29,533 bases of DNA. It comes from a virus (Duplodnaviria; Caudoviricetes). The stretch's first letter is position 1. Every line of letters starts with the position of its first letter. The DNA lies in the IMG/VR virus record IMGVR_UViG_3300012952_000084, positions 1-29,533 of that record; one strand, given 5' to 3'. Positions 18,239 through 27,675 of the stretch are shown in pieces. The notes below the pieces were generated by a model that was given only the letters and a program-made list of their open reading frames with translations, ran no database searches and was not told the DNA's origin. Both the position numbers and the translations under genes were made by a program.

Positions 18239-19124
18239 TATCAATTTCTCCAATCTTGTTTAATCTTGAGGGGTATAAAATTTTATCGTACGGCTTTTCT
18301 ATTTTCAAATCGGCAACTGATAGAAGATTGCAATATCCTTGCCAACTATCAATTCCGAAGTAACCTTCAATCTCGCACGACTCATTATTACTAATTATAG
18401 CAGAATTAAAGACTTTGTCAAGCGAAAAGAATCGTGCAGACCATCTTTCTTCTACGGGTAACAGCTTGCCGGACATTCCCTCTCCCGGTGTTCTTATCCC
18501 CGTGCCTTCGCTACGCAAATTTGCCCTCATTTGCTTAAACTGCTCTCCTGTGAAGGTGAAGCCCAAATATAACCCATCGGAAACAGTCTTGCCTCCATAC
18601 GATAACATAAAGCCTTCCTTAGAAGATATCACCTTTCTATGCTCTCTTAGTTCGTTATTGTCGTAGACTCCATATGGAAACGAGACATAGTATTTATCTG
18701 GAATGACCCACTTGCTTAACTTTCCCGATACCGAGTATGCAGTGTTTGCTCCATAGAGTACGCTCCACGCTAGGCAATCGCGCTTATCTCTATCTTTTGG
18801 ATGGATTGGAACATAGTATATTGGAATCAATTTTCTGCTTTCTGATGGATAAGTATCTTGCTTTCGATAATACCAGACCGGATCTTGCACACAGTCACCG
18901 ACAACTTTTCGCACTAATGGCTGAGTGTCATAGTGACACACAATCCAAATAGTTTCACAACCAGCATATGCACACTCCATAACTGCATGCTGCAGCGCCG
19001 TATACCCCGGGGCGAGCGGCATAAGAGCGTCGTGCCACGGCATACCATAATCTAGAGATTGGCCAGCTATTGGCACGATCCCCGCTAAGTGAAATGAGTT
19101 AGTGTCTTGTTTACCTGTTTTCAT
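18231..19124 (-). CDS. Divergent nucleotide-diphospho-sugar transferase (NTP_transferase)-like protein
   Basis: AGIVPIAG...ALMPL...AVMECAYAGCETIWIV matches the fold's N-terminus, but the GxGTR/PK signature is degenerate. Confidence 0.6.
   Translation of the reverse strand: MKTGKQDTNSFHLAGIVPIAGQSLDYGMPWHDALMPLAPGYTALQHAVMECAYAGCETIWIVCHYDTQPLVRKVVGDCVQDPVWYYRKQDTYPSESRKLIPIYYVPIHPKDRDKRDCLAWSVLYGANTAYSVSGKLSKWVIPDKYYVSFPYGVYDNNELREHRKVISSKEGFMLSYGGKTVSDGLYLGFTFTGEQFKQMRANLRSEGTGIRTPGEGMSGKLLPVEERWSARFFSLDKVFNSAIISNNESCEIEGYFGIDSWQGYCNLLSVADLKIEKPYDKILYPSRLNKIGEIDNV
18394..18421 (-). promoter_or_regulatory. Intragenic sigma70-type promoter for dnaE
   Basis: TTGACA (18421-18416), 16 nt, TATAAT (18399-18394), about 155 nt upstream of the dnaE ATG. 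Confidence 0.7.
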
Positions 19125-19851
19125 TTTTCATAAAAATCATTGTTTTTGTGTTCTCGTATTCAGAAAAGGTTAATTTTCGATAAGTGCGATCTCGGGATTC
19201 GATCTTTAGCGGCCTGTAGCGTGGATTTTGTTGTGCATTGGTGCCATTTTTTGGCCCACTGATGCCGGTAGCCTTCATCATACTAATGATTTTAAATTTT
19301 GCGTATATCTCTGAATAATCGATATCGTGCAGCTGCTCTTCTGTAAGTCTCGATACTGCGACAAGATCTTTTCTGTTGTGTTCGCCGTCGATTCTGTTCG
19401 ACGGATAGAAATATATATCTTTTATAAAGTTCTCATCAGAAGCTATGTGCTCGTGCTCATGGCACATGCCCGTTCGAACATCAAACCAGTCTAAAACCTC
19501 GTACTCTGGTGTGATAATTTTCTTTGGGGCAGGGAGGATCGACAATTCATCAGGAATAAAAACTATTGCCTTCTTTATCTTGTATTTAAGCTGTCTGGAA
19601 CGATCGCAGACAACGCGAAGATTATTGCCATCAATCACAATGTTTGTGACTCCTGACGGATGCGGCACCAGCCCGTTTAGAGAAAGCTGGAATCTCATTT
19701 CCCTGTAGATGTTCATCTTTTCTGTTTCGAAAATATAGGGTGACAGAGATTCTTTATATAAAAGCGGCAACCTGTTTTCGTAGGCAAACTTTGTTGCTGC
19801 AAAATTTCCACCTATCACAATTCGTTTATAATAATGTTCAAAATCATCCAT
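19111..19851 (-). CDS. Hypothetical protein with degenerate Rossmann-like N-terminus
   Basis: RIVIGGNFAATKFAY resembles a dinucleotide-binding beta-alpha unit. Confidence 0.55.
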   Translation of the reverse strand: MDDFEHYYKRIVIGGNFAATKFAYENRLPLLYKESLSPYIFETEKMNIYREMRFQLSLNGLVPHPSGVTNIVIDGNNLRVVCDRSRQLKYKIKKAIVFIPDELSILPAPKKIITPEYEVLDWFDVRTGMCHEHEHIASDENFIKDIYFYPSNRIDGEHNRKDLVAVSRLTEEQLHDIDYSEIYAKFKIISMMKATGISGPKNGTNAQQNPRYRPLKIESRDRTYRKLTFSEYENTKTMIFMKNENR

Positions 19852-20155
19852 CCGGATCCGTAGTAATCATGCACACCACATAATTTTCTAAAATTAAATG
19901 CACCTTTTCATCTTCGTAGGATAATTCTTTAATCATCGAGCGCTCTACCAGAGCGGTGCCAAATTCGGAAAGGCCAGAATTTATACTACAATCTTCGGCC
20001 CAGTCAAGGATCGAAACTGCGACATGTTGAGATTGTTGTTTTTGGTAATCCTCTGGAAGCAGTATTCCCGAAGGCGCTCTCGAATCTTCTTCTGAATCTT
20101 CCAAAGGCTTAATAAGAATATGTCGGTTAACGGGGCAAAAAATACTTGTAGACAC
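19844..20155 (-). CDS. groES: Co-chaperonin GroES-like protein
   Basis: PVNRHILIKP, mobile loop SGILLP, C-terminal LILENYVVC; 103 aa; GTG start with AGGAG RBS. Confidence 0.75.
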   Translation of the reverse strand: MSTSIFCPVNRHILIKPLEDSEEDSRAPSGILLPEDYQKQQSQHVAVSILDWAEDCSINSGLSEFGTALVERSMIKELSYEDEKVHLILENYVVCMITTDPDG

Positions 20156-20169
20156 TTTAACTCCTGTGT

Positions 20170-22596
20170 TTAGCTACATTTTGAAAACCCGCACTGCTTG
20201 CAAGATGCACAGCCATCAACATAAATCAATGACTCGGCATTACAAGAAGGGCAGGTCTTATCTGACACAACTGTACCATCTTTAATATAAGTTTTTAATA
20301 CGCGCGCAACACATTTAGCAAAACTAAACATATCGCTATCTCTATCTTTTTGCATTTGCTCCACCACATACTTAATGTTTGCGCCATGGCGAAGAGAAAG
20401 AGAAATCAATCGTGTGAAGGCAGAATTATTTGGATTATCAAACACTTTCACCACATCGCGGACCCTAACAGAATCGCCATTCGTGCCGACCTTAAGATCA
20501 TAAACTGAGTTCATTGTTTTTCTGGGGTGCTTAACTAACATGCCTTCGGTGTGTTTTTGAGGTATTTCAATAAGATTTGATAACCCGCCCATAACCTCAT
20601 AAGGCTTGCCGTCGAGGAGTCCCACCAAGATAATCCACTTTTCTCCCTTAATAGTCGTGTGGTAGATTCTGCAGGGCAGCTCTGATGGTCTGGAGGCGGC
20701 CCTGTTTTCTGGGAATTCATCCTTGCTTGCTTCGCTTTCCGTGACTAGTACTCCGCTCCTTGAACCATCTACATAAACTGTAATTCCTTTGAGGCCGGCT
20801 TTCCATCCGCGCATATATAATTCCGACACGACCGCAGAATCAGTCTCGCGGGGCAAATTAATTGTAGAACTTATTGAGTGATCGATGTACTTTTGAATGG
20901 CGGCCTGCACATCTATTCGGCCGGTCCACTCAATCTGATCGCTTTCAACAAAAAATGACGGCAACTCTTCATTATTCCCACCTGTTGCTGTGCACCAATC
21001 TTCAATATTGTGGTGCATAACAGCATACTCAGCCCAACGATCTCCCAAGCTGTCAACAAAATCAGCATCGACATTATCTTCATTATGTGAAAGCTTTCGT
21101 CGGCGGACATATTTATTCCGAAACACTGGCTCTAAGCCAGAACTAGTCTGAGATAGGATAGAGACCGAACCTGTAGGAGCGTTAGTTAAAATAGAAATGT
21201 TTCTTCGACCAACTTGCGCTATGAGAGCGCGGATATTCTCTGGGAGTCTTTTGATGAAGAGGTTTTCCTTTTCAGCGGCCCAGTCGAAGGCTTCGAAATA
21301 CCCTCTTTCTTCTGCCAGCCTCGCTGATTCCAAATAGGCTGAATCTCTTAAGGTTTGGTAAATCTGCTCAATTACCTTTATGGCCTCCGGAGAATCATAT
21401 GAAAGGCCCAAACAAGCAATCGCATCAGCTAGGCCATGGGTACCTAATCCGGTTCGCCGGCCAAGTCTAGCTTGAGTTTCAAGATTTCTCCACAACAGCT
21501 TTTCATCTTCTGTGTCGCATACATCAATAATTTTATTAAGCTTTTCTATCTCAAGCTCCACCAAATCGTCAGACAGCCTCATCGCAACAGAAGCCACTTC
21601 GGAAAACTTTGCAAAGTCGAATTTGCTTTTCTTTTTGAATCTGTTTTTGACAAAGTTTTTTAAATTAATAGATATGAGCCTGCAAGAATCGTATGAAGAG
21701 AGTGGTATCTCTCCACACGGATTAGTCGTCACAGTCTTAAACCCAGCGTGAGCATATTCTTCCGCCGGTAGATTGTTAACGATGTTATCCCACATCAACA
21801 GTCCCGGCTCAGCCGTCTTTGTGGCCGAATTTATAATAGTATTCCACAGAGCCTTCGCGTCAACCTCTTTAACATGAGTCGGGTTGTCCGAATCTACAGG
21901 ATATTGCAAAGTAAATGACTTTTCGCCCTCAACCGCCCTCATAAAGTTGTCGCTTATTTTGATTGAAACATTGGCTCCTGTCACTTTTGTCAAGTCTTGT
22001 TTCATAGTTATAAACTGTTCAATGTCTGGATGTCTAATATCCATAGAGATCATAAGTGCTCCGCGGCGGCCGTTTTGGCCAATCATGCGACAGACATATG
22101 AATACAAATCTGCGAATGACCACGCTCCCGTGGTTGTCCCGGCGGAATTGTTTACTGGTGCTCCCTCCGGGCGGAGGCTACTAAGATCAATCCCGACCCC
22201 ACAACGGCGCTTAAACAAATTAGCCAGATGTTTTCCGCTGTCCATGATTGAAGAAATGTTGTCAGCGGGGGGTTCAACCACCACACAATTCGATAAGGAT
22301 ACATTGACATAATTGTTCCCAATACCCATCATAGGCGAACCCTGAGGTACGATATAGTTAAAATCTTTTAGGTAAGAGTAAATCTTCTCTTCTGTTACTG
22401 CTCGTTCGCTATTGAACTTTTTTTCTATTCTATAAAATTCAGATGCGAGTCGACGATGCATGTCGTCTGGGGTTTTCTCGCAAAGATTGCCGTCTTTGTC
22501 TTTGAGGGCGTATTTTGTGATCCACACATTGGTTGCCAGTTCATCGCCACTAAAATATTCTAAAGTTGCCTCCCTGACCTCTTTCTCATCATACAT
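20170..22596 (-). CDS. nrdJ: Class II (adenosylcobalamin-dependent) ribonucleotide reductase
   Basis: SNCVV, GRRGA, EPG, TNPCGEI, GLG, APTGS, SISSTIN, KGITVY, C-terminal CPSC..CASCKQCGFSKCS; no NrdB adjacent. Confidence 0.92.
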   Translation of the reverse strand: MYDEKEVREATLEYFSGDELATNVWITKYALKDKDGNLCEKTPDDMHRRLASEFYRIEKKFNSERAVTEEKIYSYLKDFNYIVPQGSPMMGIGNNYVNVSLSNCVVVEPPADNISSIMDSGKHLANLFKRRCGVGIDLSSLRPEGAPVNNSAGTTTGAWSFADLYSYVCRMIGQNGRRGALMISMDIRHPDIEQFITMKQDLTKVTGANVSIKISDNFMRAVEGEKSFTLQYPVDSDNPTHVKEVDAKALWNTIINSATKTAEPGLLMWDNIVNNLPAEEYAHAGFKTVTTNPCGEIPLSSYDSCRLISINLKNFVKNRFKKKSKFDFAKFSEVASVAMRLSDDLVELEIEKLNKIIDVCDTEDEKLLWRNLETQARLGRRTGLGTHGLADAIACLGLSYDSPEAIKVIEQIYQTLRDSAYLESARLAEERGYFEAFDWAAEKENLFIKRLPENIRALIAQVGRRNISILTNAPTGSVSILSQTSSGLEPVFRNKYVRRRKLSHNEDNVDADFVDSLGDRWAEYAVMHHNIEDWCTATGGNNEELPSFFVESDQIEWTGRIDVQAAIQKYIDHSISSTINLPRETDSAVVSELYMRGWKAGLKGITVYVDGSRSGVLVTESEASKDEFPENRAASRPSELPCRIYHTTIKGEKWIILVGLLDGKPYEVMGGLSNLIEIPQKHTEGMLVKHPRKTMNSVYDLKVGTNGDSVRVRDVVKVFDNPNNSAFTRLISLSLRHGANIKYVVEQMQKDRDSDMFSFAKCVARVLKTYIKDGTVVSDKTCPSCNAESLIYVDGCASCKQCGFSKCS

Positions 22597-22602
22597 GCTC
22601 TA

Positions 22603-23970
22603 TTAATCTCCTTTCTTAAAATTTTTATATTTTTCTCTTAGCGCTTCGGCTTGCTGTTTGGCCGAATTTGCCATAATTTCTTGCGGAGTTTCTCCCGTGG
22701 CTTGTAAAACCTTAATTTTAACTCTCGCAGTGTCCATAAATACTGGGTATACAAGTCCGTCAGCTCCAAATCTATTTTTCGCTACAAATACTCTACCAGT
22801 GTTATTGTTCTTGTCCTCTATTGTTCGCGAAAGCGAAAAAATGAAATCAGCAACAAAGCATTTGCTGAATGCTTCCGATATCGACTCCATCGTAATGACC
22901 TCGGCATTTAATCCAGAGCGGTTTGTTTGGCTGGCCGTCCACACGGGGCATTTGTTTTCTTGCGCGAGGGCGCGCAAGCCTTCGTAAATTGACTGAAGAT
23001 CGTGTCGGCGCTCTCTGTGGCTTGAAGTGGGCTTAAGCAGATCGCCATAGTCGACTATGATCATATCTGGCTTGATGTTGCGCTGTGATAGTTTTTGAAG
23101 ATGGTTATGCAAAGTTTTAACTGAAGCGGATTTCGTGGGATACTCTTTAATAATTAGAGTGCCCGAAATGTCTTGGACCTTTTCGTATACCAATTCTTTA
23201 AAAGAAAATAAGTCTGACAAGCAAACGCCGGTGAGACAACTATCGTATCTGCTTCCGACGCTTTCTTCGGAAAGCTCTAATGTATAGTGAACCACCGTTT
23301 TTCCTGCTGCGACGGCTTGCGCTCCAAGGTGTACAAGTACCATGGATTTGCCGGCGCCGGTTGGCGCAATAACTACACCAAGTTCGCCAGAACCCAGACC
23401 ATCTTTACATATTGAGTCTAATTCGGTCCAGCCCGTTGAGACCGGATTTCGGGCCTTAATCTCAAATCTCGCTTCGAAATCCTTTAGATAGTCGTGGCCG
23501 TAATTATTGTCAATGCCCAACTTGAGCGAATCATTAATAACTGTAGCTATCTCATCAAACGAGGCTTCTTCTAACAAGGGCACACACTTAATCATAGCAT
23601 TTTTTAAATTCTGCTTTCGGCAAAAATCAAGCGCTGTTTGTTTTATGTAATCGGCGCCGTCAGTCGAATCATCACTGTAGATTCTAGCAAAATAGTCGCG
23701 CACCTGCTTGCGTACGGCCTCGTTCTCTCCATCAAGCTCGGTACGCAGTATGGTTGTCATAGTCTTTGAAGATGGGTGTACTTGATATTTATCTTTGTAT
23801 TTTAATATCCTCTCAACAAATACTTGCAAGTACTTAAGTTCAAAATAGTTAATATCCAGCACTTCGCAAATCTGATCTGCAAAGGGACGGTCTTGTAATA
23901 TAAGCTGTGTTAGCCCTTCTTGGAAGGATTTGCCGAACTTGGAAAAATCTGCCATTTGTGCTTGCGCCAT
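22603..23970 (-). CDS. Replicative DNA helicase (DnaB / T4 gp41-like, SF4)
   Basis: Walker A APTGAGKS, YTLE, IIVDY, TASQTNR, KNRFG. Confidence 0.93.
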   Translation of the reverse strand: MAQAQMADFSKFGKSFQEGLTQLILQDRPFADQICEVLDINYFELKYLQVFVERILKYKDKYQVHPSSKTMTTILRTELDGENEAVRKQVRDYFARIYSDDSTDGADYIKQTALDFCRKQNLKNAMIKCVPLLEEASFDEIATVINDSLKLGIDNNYGHDYLKDFEARFEIKARNPVSTGWTELDSICKDGLGSGELGVVIAPTGAGKSMVLVHLGAQAVAAGKTVVHYTLELSEESVGSRYDSCLTGVCLSDLFSFKELVYEKVQDISGTLIIKEYPTKSASVKTLHNHLQKLSQRNIKPDMIIVDYGDLLKPTSSHRERRHDLQSIYEGLRALAQENKCPVWTASQTNRSGLNAEVITMESISEAFSKCFVADFIFSLSRTIEDKNNNTGRVFVAKNRFGADGLVYPVFMDTARVKIKVLQATGETPQEIMANSAKQQAEALREKYKNFKKGD

Positions 23971-24006
23971 TGATGCCTCATAAGATAGGTGTACAAGTTA
24001 TCATAT

Positions 24007-24035
24007 ATAATAACCTGTTTAGAGTTAAATGTCAA
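24007..24035 (-). promoter_or_regulatory. Sigma70-type promoter for the helicase-nrdJ operon
   Basis: TTGACA (24035-24030), 17 nt, TATTAT (24012-24007). Confidence 0.7.
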
Positions 24036-24044
24036 TCCAAATAA

Positions 24045-27000
24045 TCAGAAAGACATCAATTTGTCGTAAGAATCGACTTTCAAGTTAGATAACTTTTCAA
24101 GATACCCGTTTCGGCGCAACACTTTGAATGTTATATTTTCGGATGAATATTCGCCGTTTTCTTCTAATCCGCATTTGCGAAATTTCTGTATCTTTTCCTT
24201 TAGTCTTCCTACATTGTCCATTGCTTTTTTGTATTCTTGTTCTTGAAACTGTTCTTCGATCTTATCAATCTGGGTCATGATATGGTTGGCCTTAAGTGTA
24301 ACACTTGCCGAATCGACTGTAAAGTCTTTTCTAAAGGGTTCTACTATCCATTGATCGTGTAGAACCGAATATACCCCGGTTGAGTGATGCGGCTCATTAG
24401 AGTCTTGGACATATATCTCTACTTCATAGCCGTTTATCTCAATATTGTGTCTCCTATTCCACGCGGCGCGCTTGGAATTCATCATGGCCTGTGTTATTTC
24501 TTCATCACCAGGCAAAAGATTAAAATCAACCAATATGTGCAGATCTACATCAGAATATTGCGACCAATTAAAGTTTGCCAACGATCCGGTAAATGTTATA
24601 TCATCGATTTCGACTGTTGGCAGATCTAGCCCAACCCAAAATTGCTTCGCGATCATAATTAACCTTTCTCGAACTTGCGGCAATAACACTTTGGATGGTG
24701 CCCAAACATTCGGTTCGAGATGATCGTTTATTTTAAAGCTTGACAAATCGATCGACTCATTTAAAATCTCTTTATTCGCATGTTCGGACCACACATCAAG
24801 TTGTTCTCTCAGGCTCAGATCCGATTGACGCCGTGCTCCTCCGGGGAGGCGGCCTTGTCCAGTATCGGTGTTGTAGTACGGATTATATCTCGGATCGAGC
24901 CCTTGGAGCGGGTCATTAAATTGTTGTGGTACCGTGTGAATGTCCATACGCTGGGCTCGCCAATCACCGTCCGGTGGAGGCGGTGTCCAGCCTGCGGGCA
25001 TTGGCATCGTCGAGGCATCTATGTTGATATTTGGGCCGGTGAGTTCGGGCCATGGCTGACTCTGGCCCGTGTATGCAAAGGGCCCCAGGTCTTGCATATA
25101 TCTCCCATAATCAAGATAGTTCTCTTGAGACTGCAGTGGGGTAAACCCCTGCTCTGTTCCGTACACACCTCCCTGTCCTGTTCGCCATGCGTCTTGTCGC
25201 TGCTGGGCCAACTGGTACGCGGCGGCGGCCGGGCCGGTTTCTTCCATGGGTCGGGCAAGGATCGACTGATCTGCTAAAAACTGGGCGGCTTCGGGACTGA
25301 ATTCGTGGAAGCCCATTGCGCTGTGGTATTCATCTGGTGTGAGATTGGTCCGTGGGGCGCCCGTGGTCGAGCCGCCATATGGAGTAACTCGGCCCGGGCT
25401 ATAAACTGTGGGCGAAGATGTGGAATCGGGGCTAGGCTGAGCATTAGTGCTGCTGGGAGCTTGCCCTAAAAGGCCCTGACTCATATTATTGGCGGCATCG
25501 GCGTTATATGCGGCTCGATCTGGCCGGAAAGAGGGATATGCATTTCTAATGTCGGCGGTGGCCTGTTTCGCGGGCTCAAGACCAGTTGCAACTGTCTGGG
25601 TCGCACCTGCTAAGTTCGTGGCCGCCGTTGATGCATCCGAGTAAGCTTGGTTATAATCGTGTCTTCTTTGTACGCGGTCGGCGCGCCTTTGATCGGTACG
25701 ATAAGATGACCATGGGTTAACTGTTCGATTAACTCCTGCCCAAAACCCGGATCCATGCTCGGACGGCAAAGGTGTGTTTTCTATTCCCGGGACCCTTACC
25801 ATGTCGTGCTGGCTAGCCAATTGTTCATCGCTCAAACGAGGATCAAATTGTGGATTTGCCTGCATCCAGCTTTCTTCTTTTTCGGTGAATTCGCCTCGTC
25901 CTTGCCTGTTCCAGCGCATAGATCCTTGCAGATCTGTCCTCGCGTCTTCAAGTGTATCTTCTAAAGTACCGCGTGTTCGGCTGGGAAGAGTAGAATCTGC
26001 TATCCCGAAATCTTTCTGGAGGTCGTCACGACGATCCCTAAAAGCCTCTCTTTCGGTTTTGTCTTGCCGATCCCATGGGGTATCTTCATCTTCGTACCGA
26101 TCTTTCCACTCTATGGCTTGAGAACCAGACTCATCGCGGTCTTCTTCATCGACATTGGGGGCCGCCCAGGTTGCGGCTTGCTCTAAAAGAAGTTGAGTAG
26201 CGCGCACAATTGCTTCGAATATACCTCTTTGAAATAGTCCTAAATCTACAATTACAAAATCGTTGGTGCTGGGGCGCATCATAACATTTTTTATATGCAC
26301 ATCTTTCGGTCTCCAATTCTGATCTTGCATAAAAAATCTCATAGCAGCCATTAGGTTTTGCGCCTCTGGGAATAAGTCTTCTACTTTTTTGAGAGTCGGC
26401 CCTGCCCACGATCCACGATCAGTTTCTTCGTCACCCGGCTCTGGCTGGTGAACTGGAACAACTTGTTTATCAAAGTAATATAAAATATCATCTACTAGTG
26501 CTTTTTCAAAAGAACTTTTTACTGCTGGACTTTGAAAATCTAGTTGTTTAGATATCTCATCGGTCACAGTATAAATAACACTTTGAACATCTCCTCCGTG
26601 TGATATTTTGGTTACGGCATTTATAACAGACCCTATAATTTGTTCACGATTAACCAAAAACTCACGCATTTGATTTAATATTCGATTATTGTTAATAACA
26701 TACTTTGCTATTTCTGCTACCGCCTCTGGGTTTTTTAAAATCTTCTGTTTTTTAATGGATGCAGTAGGCGCATCTTGCGCCGCAAATAATTCTTGCGCCA
26801 CTTTCTTTGGCAAAGGTTTGAGCAATTCCATAAATATGATGTTGTAGTTATCTGGGCCGGCCACGATTTCTTTAACATCTGGTAGGTATTTTGCATACTG
26901 TGTCGGCATGGAGGGTTTGTTTTTCATCGCGAACTCATAATTTTCTGTTTCACGATTACTGTCTTTTACGACTTTGGCCGCCAGTCTTTCGCCACTCGCA

Positions 27001-27206
27001 CCTCTTTGAACTTCGTATACGACGCCAAAGGCGCCGCGGCCAAGCTCTCGCAAAACAGAAAAGCCCCCCTCTTCCAGAAACGCTTTCCATGATTGTTCCA
27101 CTTTTTTTCTATCAAGGTGATCGGGCGTCGACATCGTGTCGGGCCAAGTGTTTTCAGCCAAAAACGACTTCCATGAGTTAAATATTTTTCTATTGCTGTC
27201 ATTCAT
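24045..27206 (-). CDS. Multidomain protein: protein kinase-like domain, low-complexity middle region, Pol-beta-superfamily nucleotidyltransferase
   Basis: Kinase: LGRGAFGVVY, AAKVV, E, IFMELL, DVHIKNVM, VIVDLG. NTase: FTGSLANFNWSQYSDVDLHILVD...GYEVEIYVQD. Confidence 0.85.
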   Translation of the reverse strand: MNDSNRKIFNSWKSFLAENTWPDTMSTPDHLDRKKVEQSWKAFLEEGGFSVLRELGRGAFGVVYEVQRGASGERLAAKVVKDSNRETENYEFAMKNKPSMPTQYAKYLPDVKEIVAGPDNYNIIFMELLKPLPKKVAQELFAAQDAPTASIKKQKILKNPEAVAEIAKYVINNNRILNQMREFLVNREQIIGSVINAVTKISHGGDVQSVIYTVTDEISKQLDFQSPAVKSSFEKALVDDILYYFDKQVVPVHQPEPGDEETDRGSWAGPTLKKVEDLFPEAQNLMAAMRFFMQDQNWRPKDVHIKNVMMRPSTNDFVIVDLGLFQRGIFEAIVRATQLLLEQAATWAAPNVDEEDRDESGSQAIEWKDRYEDEDTPWDRQDKTEREAFRDRRDDLQKDFGIADSTLPSRTRGTLEDTLEDARTDLQGSMRWNRQGRGEFTEKEESWMQANPQFDPRLSDEQLASQHDMVRVPGIENTPLPSEHGSGFWAGVNRTVNPWSSYRTDQRRADRVQRRHDYNQAYSDASTAATNLAGATQTVATGLEPAKQATADIRNAYPSFRPDRAAYNADAANNMSQGLLGQAPSSTNAQPSPDSTSSPTVYSPGRVTPYGGSTTGAPRTNLTPDEYHSAMGFHEFSPEAAQFLADQSILARPMEETGPAAAAYQLAQQRQDAWRTGQGGVYGTEQGFTPLQSQENYLDYGRYMQDLGPFAYTGQSQPWPELTGPNINIDASTMPMPAGWTPPPPDGDWRAQRMDIHTVPQQFNDPLQGLDPRYNPYYNTDTGQGRLPGGARRQSDLSLREQLDVWSEHANKEILNESIDLSSFKINDHLEPNVWAPSKVLLPQVRERLIMIAKQFWVGLDLPTVEIDDITFTGSLANFNWSQYSDVDLHILVDFNLLPGDEEITQAMMNSKRAAWNRRHNIEINGYEVEIYVQDSNEPHHSTGVYSVLHDQWIVEPFRKDFTVDSASVTLKANHIMTQIDKIEEQFQEQEYKKAMDNVGRLKEKIQKFRKCGLEENGEYSSENITFKVLRRNGYLEKLSNLKVDSYDKLMSF

Positions 27207-27628
27207 TGCTTGAGGGCTCTCTTAATCGCGTTTAGGTACTTCGGAGGCAAATCGTAACTATCCAAGTCCGCCGCATCTACTAATAAATAGTCTGTATGTT
27301 CATCGCTGAGTGATATATCTTTATTCTTTGGCATAGAAGCTTTAAAATATGTGTCCCTTCCTTGCGAATACAGCTTTTCTGGCCTTCTTATTATTAAGCC
27401 TGTCTCTTCCCACACTTCTCTCTGCAAGCCGTCTTGCATATCTTCGCCCTCGATCAGGTGGCCGCCCGGCAAATCCCACTCACCGGGGTGCTTCTCTAGA
27501 TTTTCGGATCTCTTAACAATTAAAACTTTATTTTCATCGTATATGACCGCTTTGGCTATCTTGTCGCTATCCACTCTCTTTTCACCCTCGCTAATATATT
27601 TTCGCCAATTTTCAAGCAAAAATTTCAT
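27203..27628 (-). CDS. Nudix hydrolase with N-terminal MKFLLENWRKYISE leader
   Basis: Nudix box GGHLIEGEDMQDGLQREVWEETGL; LSDEH; ATGA overlap with the kinase gene. Confidence 0.92.
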   Translation of the reverse strand: MKFLLENWRKYISEGEKRVDSDKIAKAVIYDENKVLIVKRSENLEKHPGEWDLPGGHLIEGEDMQDGLQREVWEETGLIIRRPEKLYSQGRDTYFKASMPKNKDISLSDEHTDYLLVDAADLDSYDLPPKYLNAIKRALKQ

Positions 27629-27646
27629 CTTCCATCTTCCTCTTTA

Positions 27647-27675
27647 ATTATTGCAGATTTGCGTCTTAATGTCAA
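27647..27675 (-). promoter_or_regulatory. Sigma70-type promoter
   Basis: TTGACA (27675-27670), 17 nt, AATAAT (27652-27647). Confidence 0.55.

Noticed and set aside
14783-23970. Inteins or introns in dnaE, nrdJ or the helicase
   Set aside because: Lengths are normal, motifs are contiguous, and no C...HN splice or LAGLIDADG signatures were seen.
24045-24760. CBASS CD-NTase or toxin-antitoxin MNT call
   Set aside because: Only the generic Pol-beta GS/DxD motif is visible, with no adjacent Cap effector or HEPN gene.
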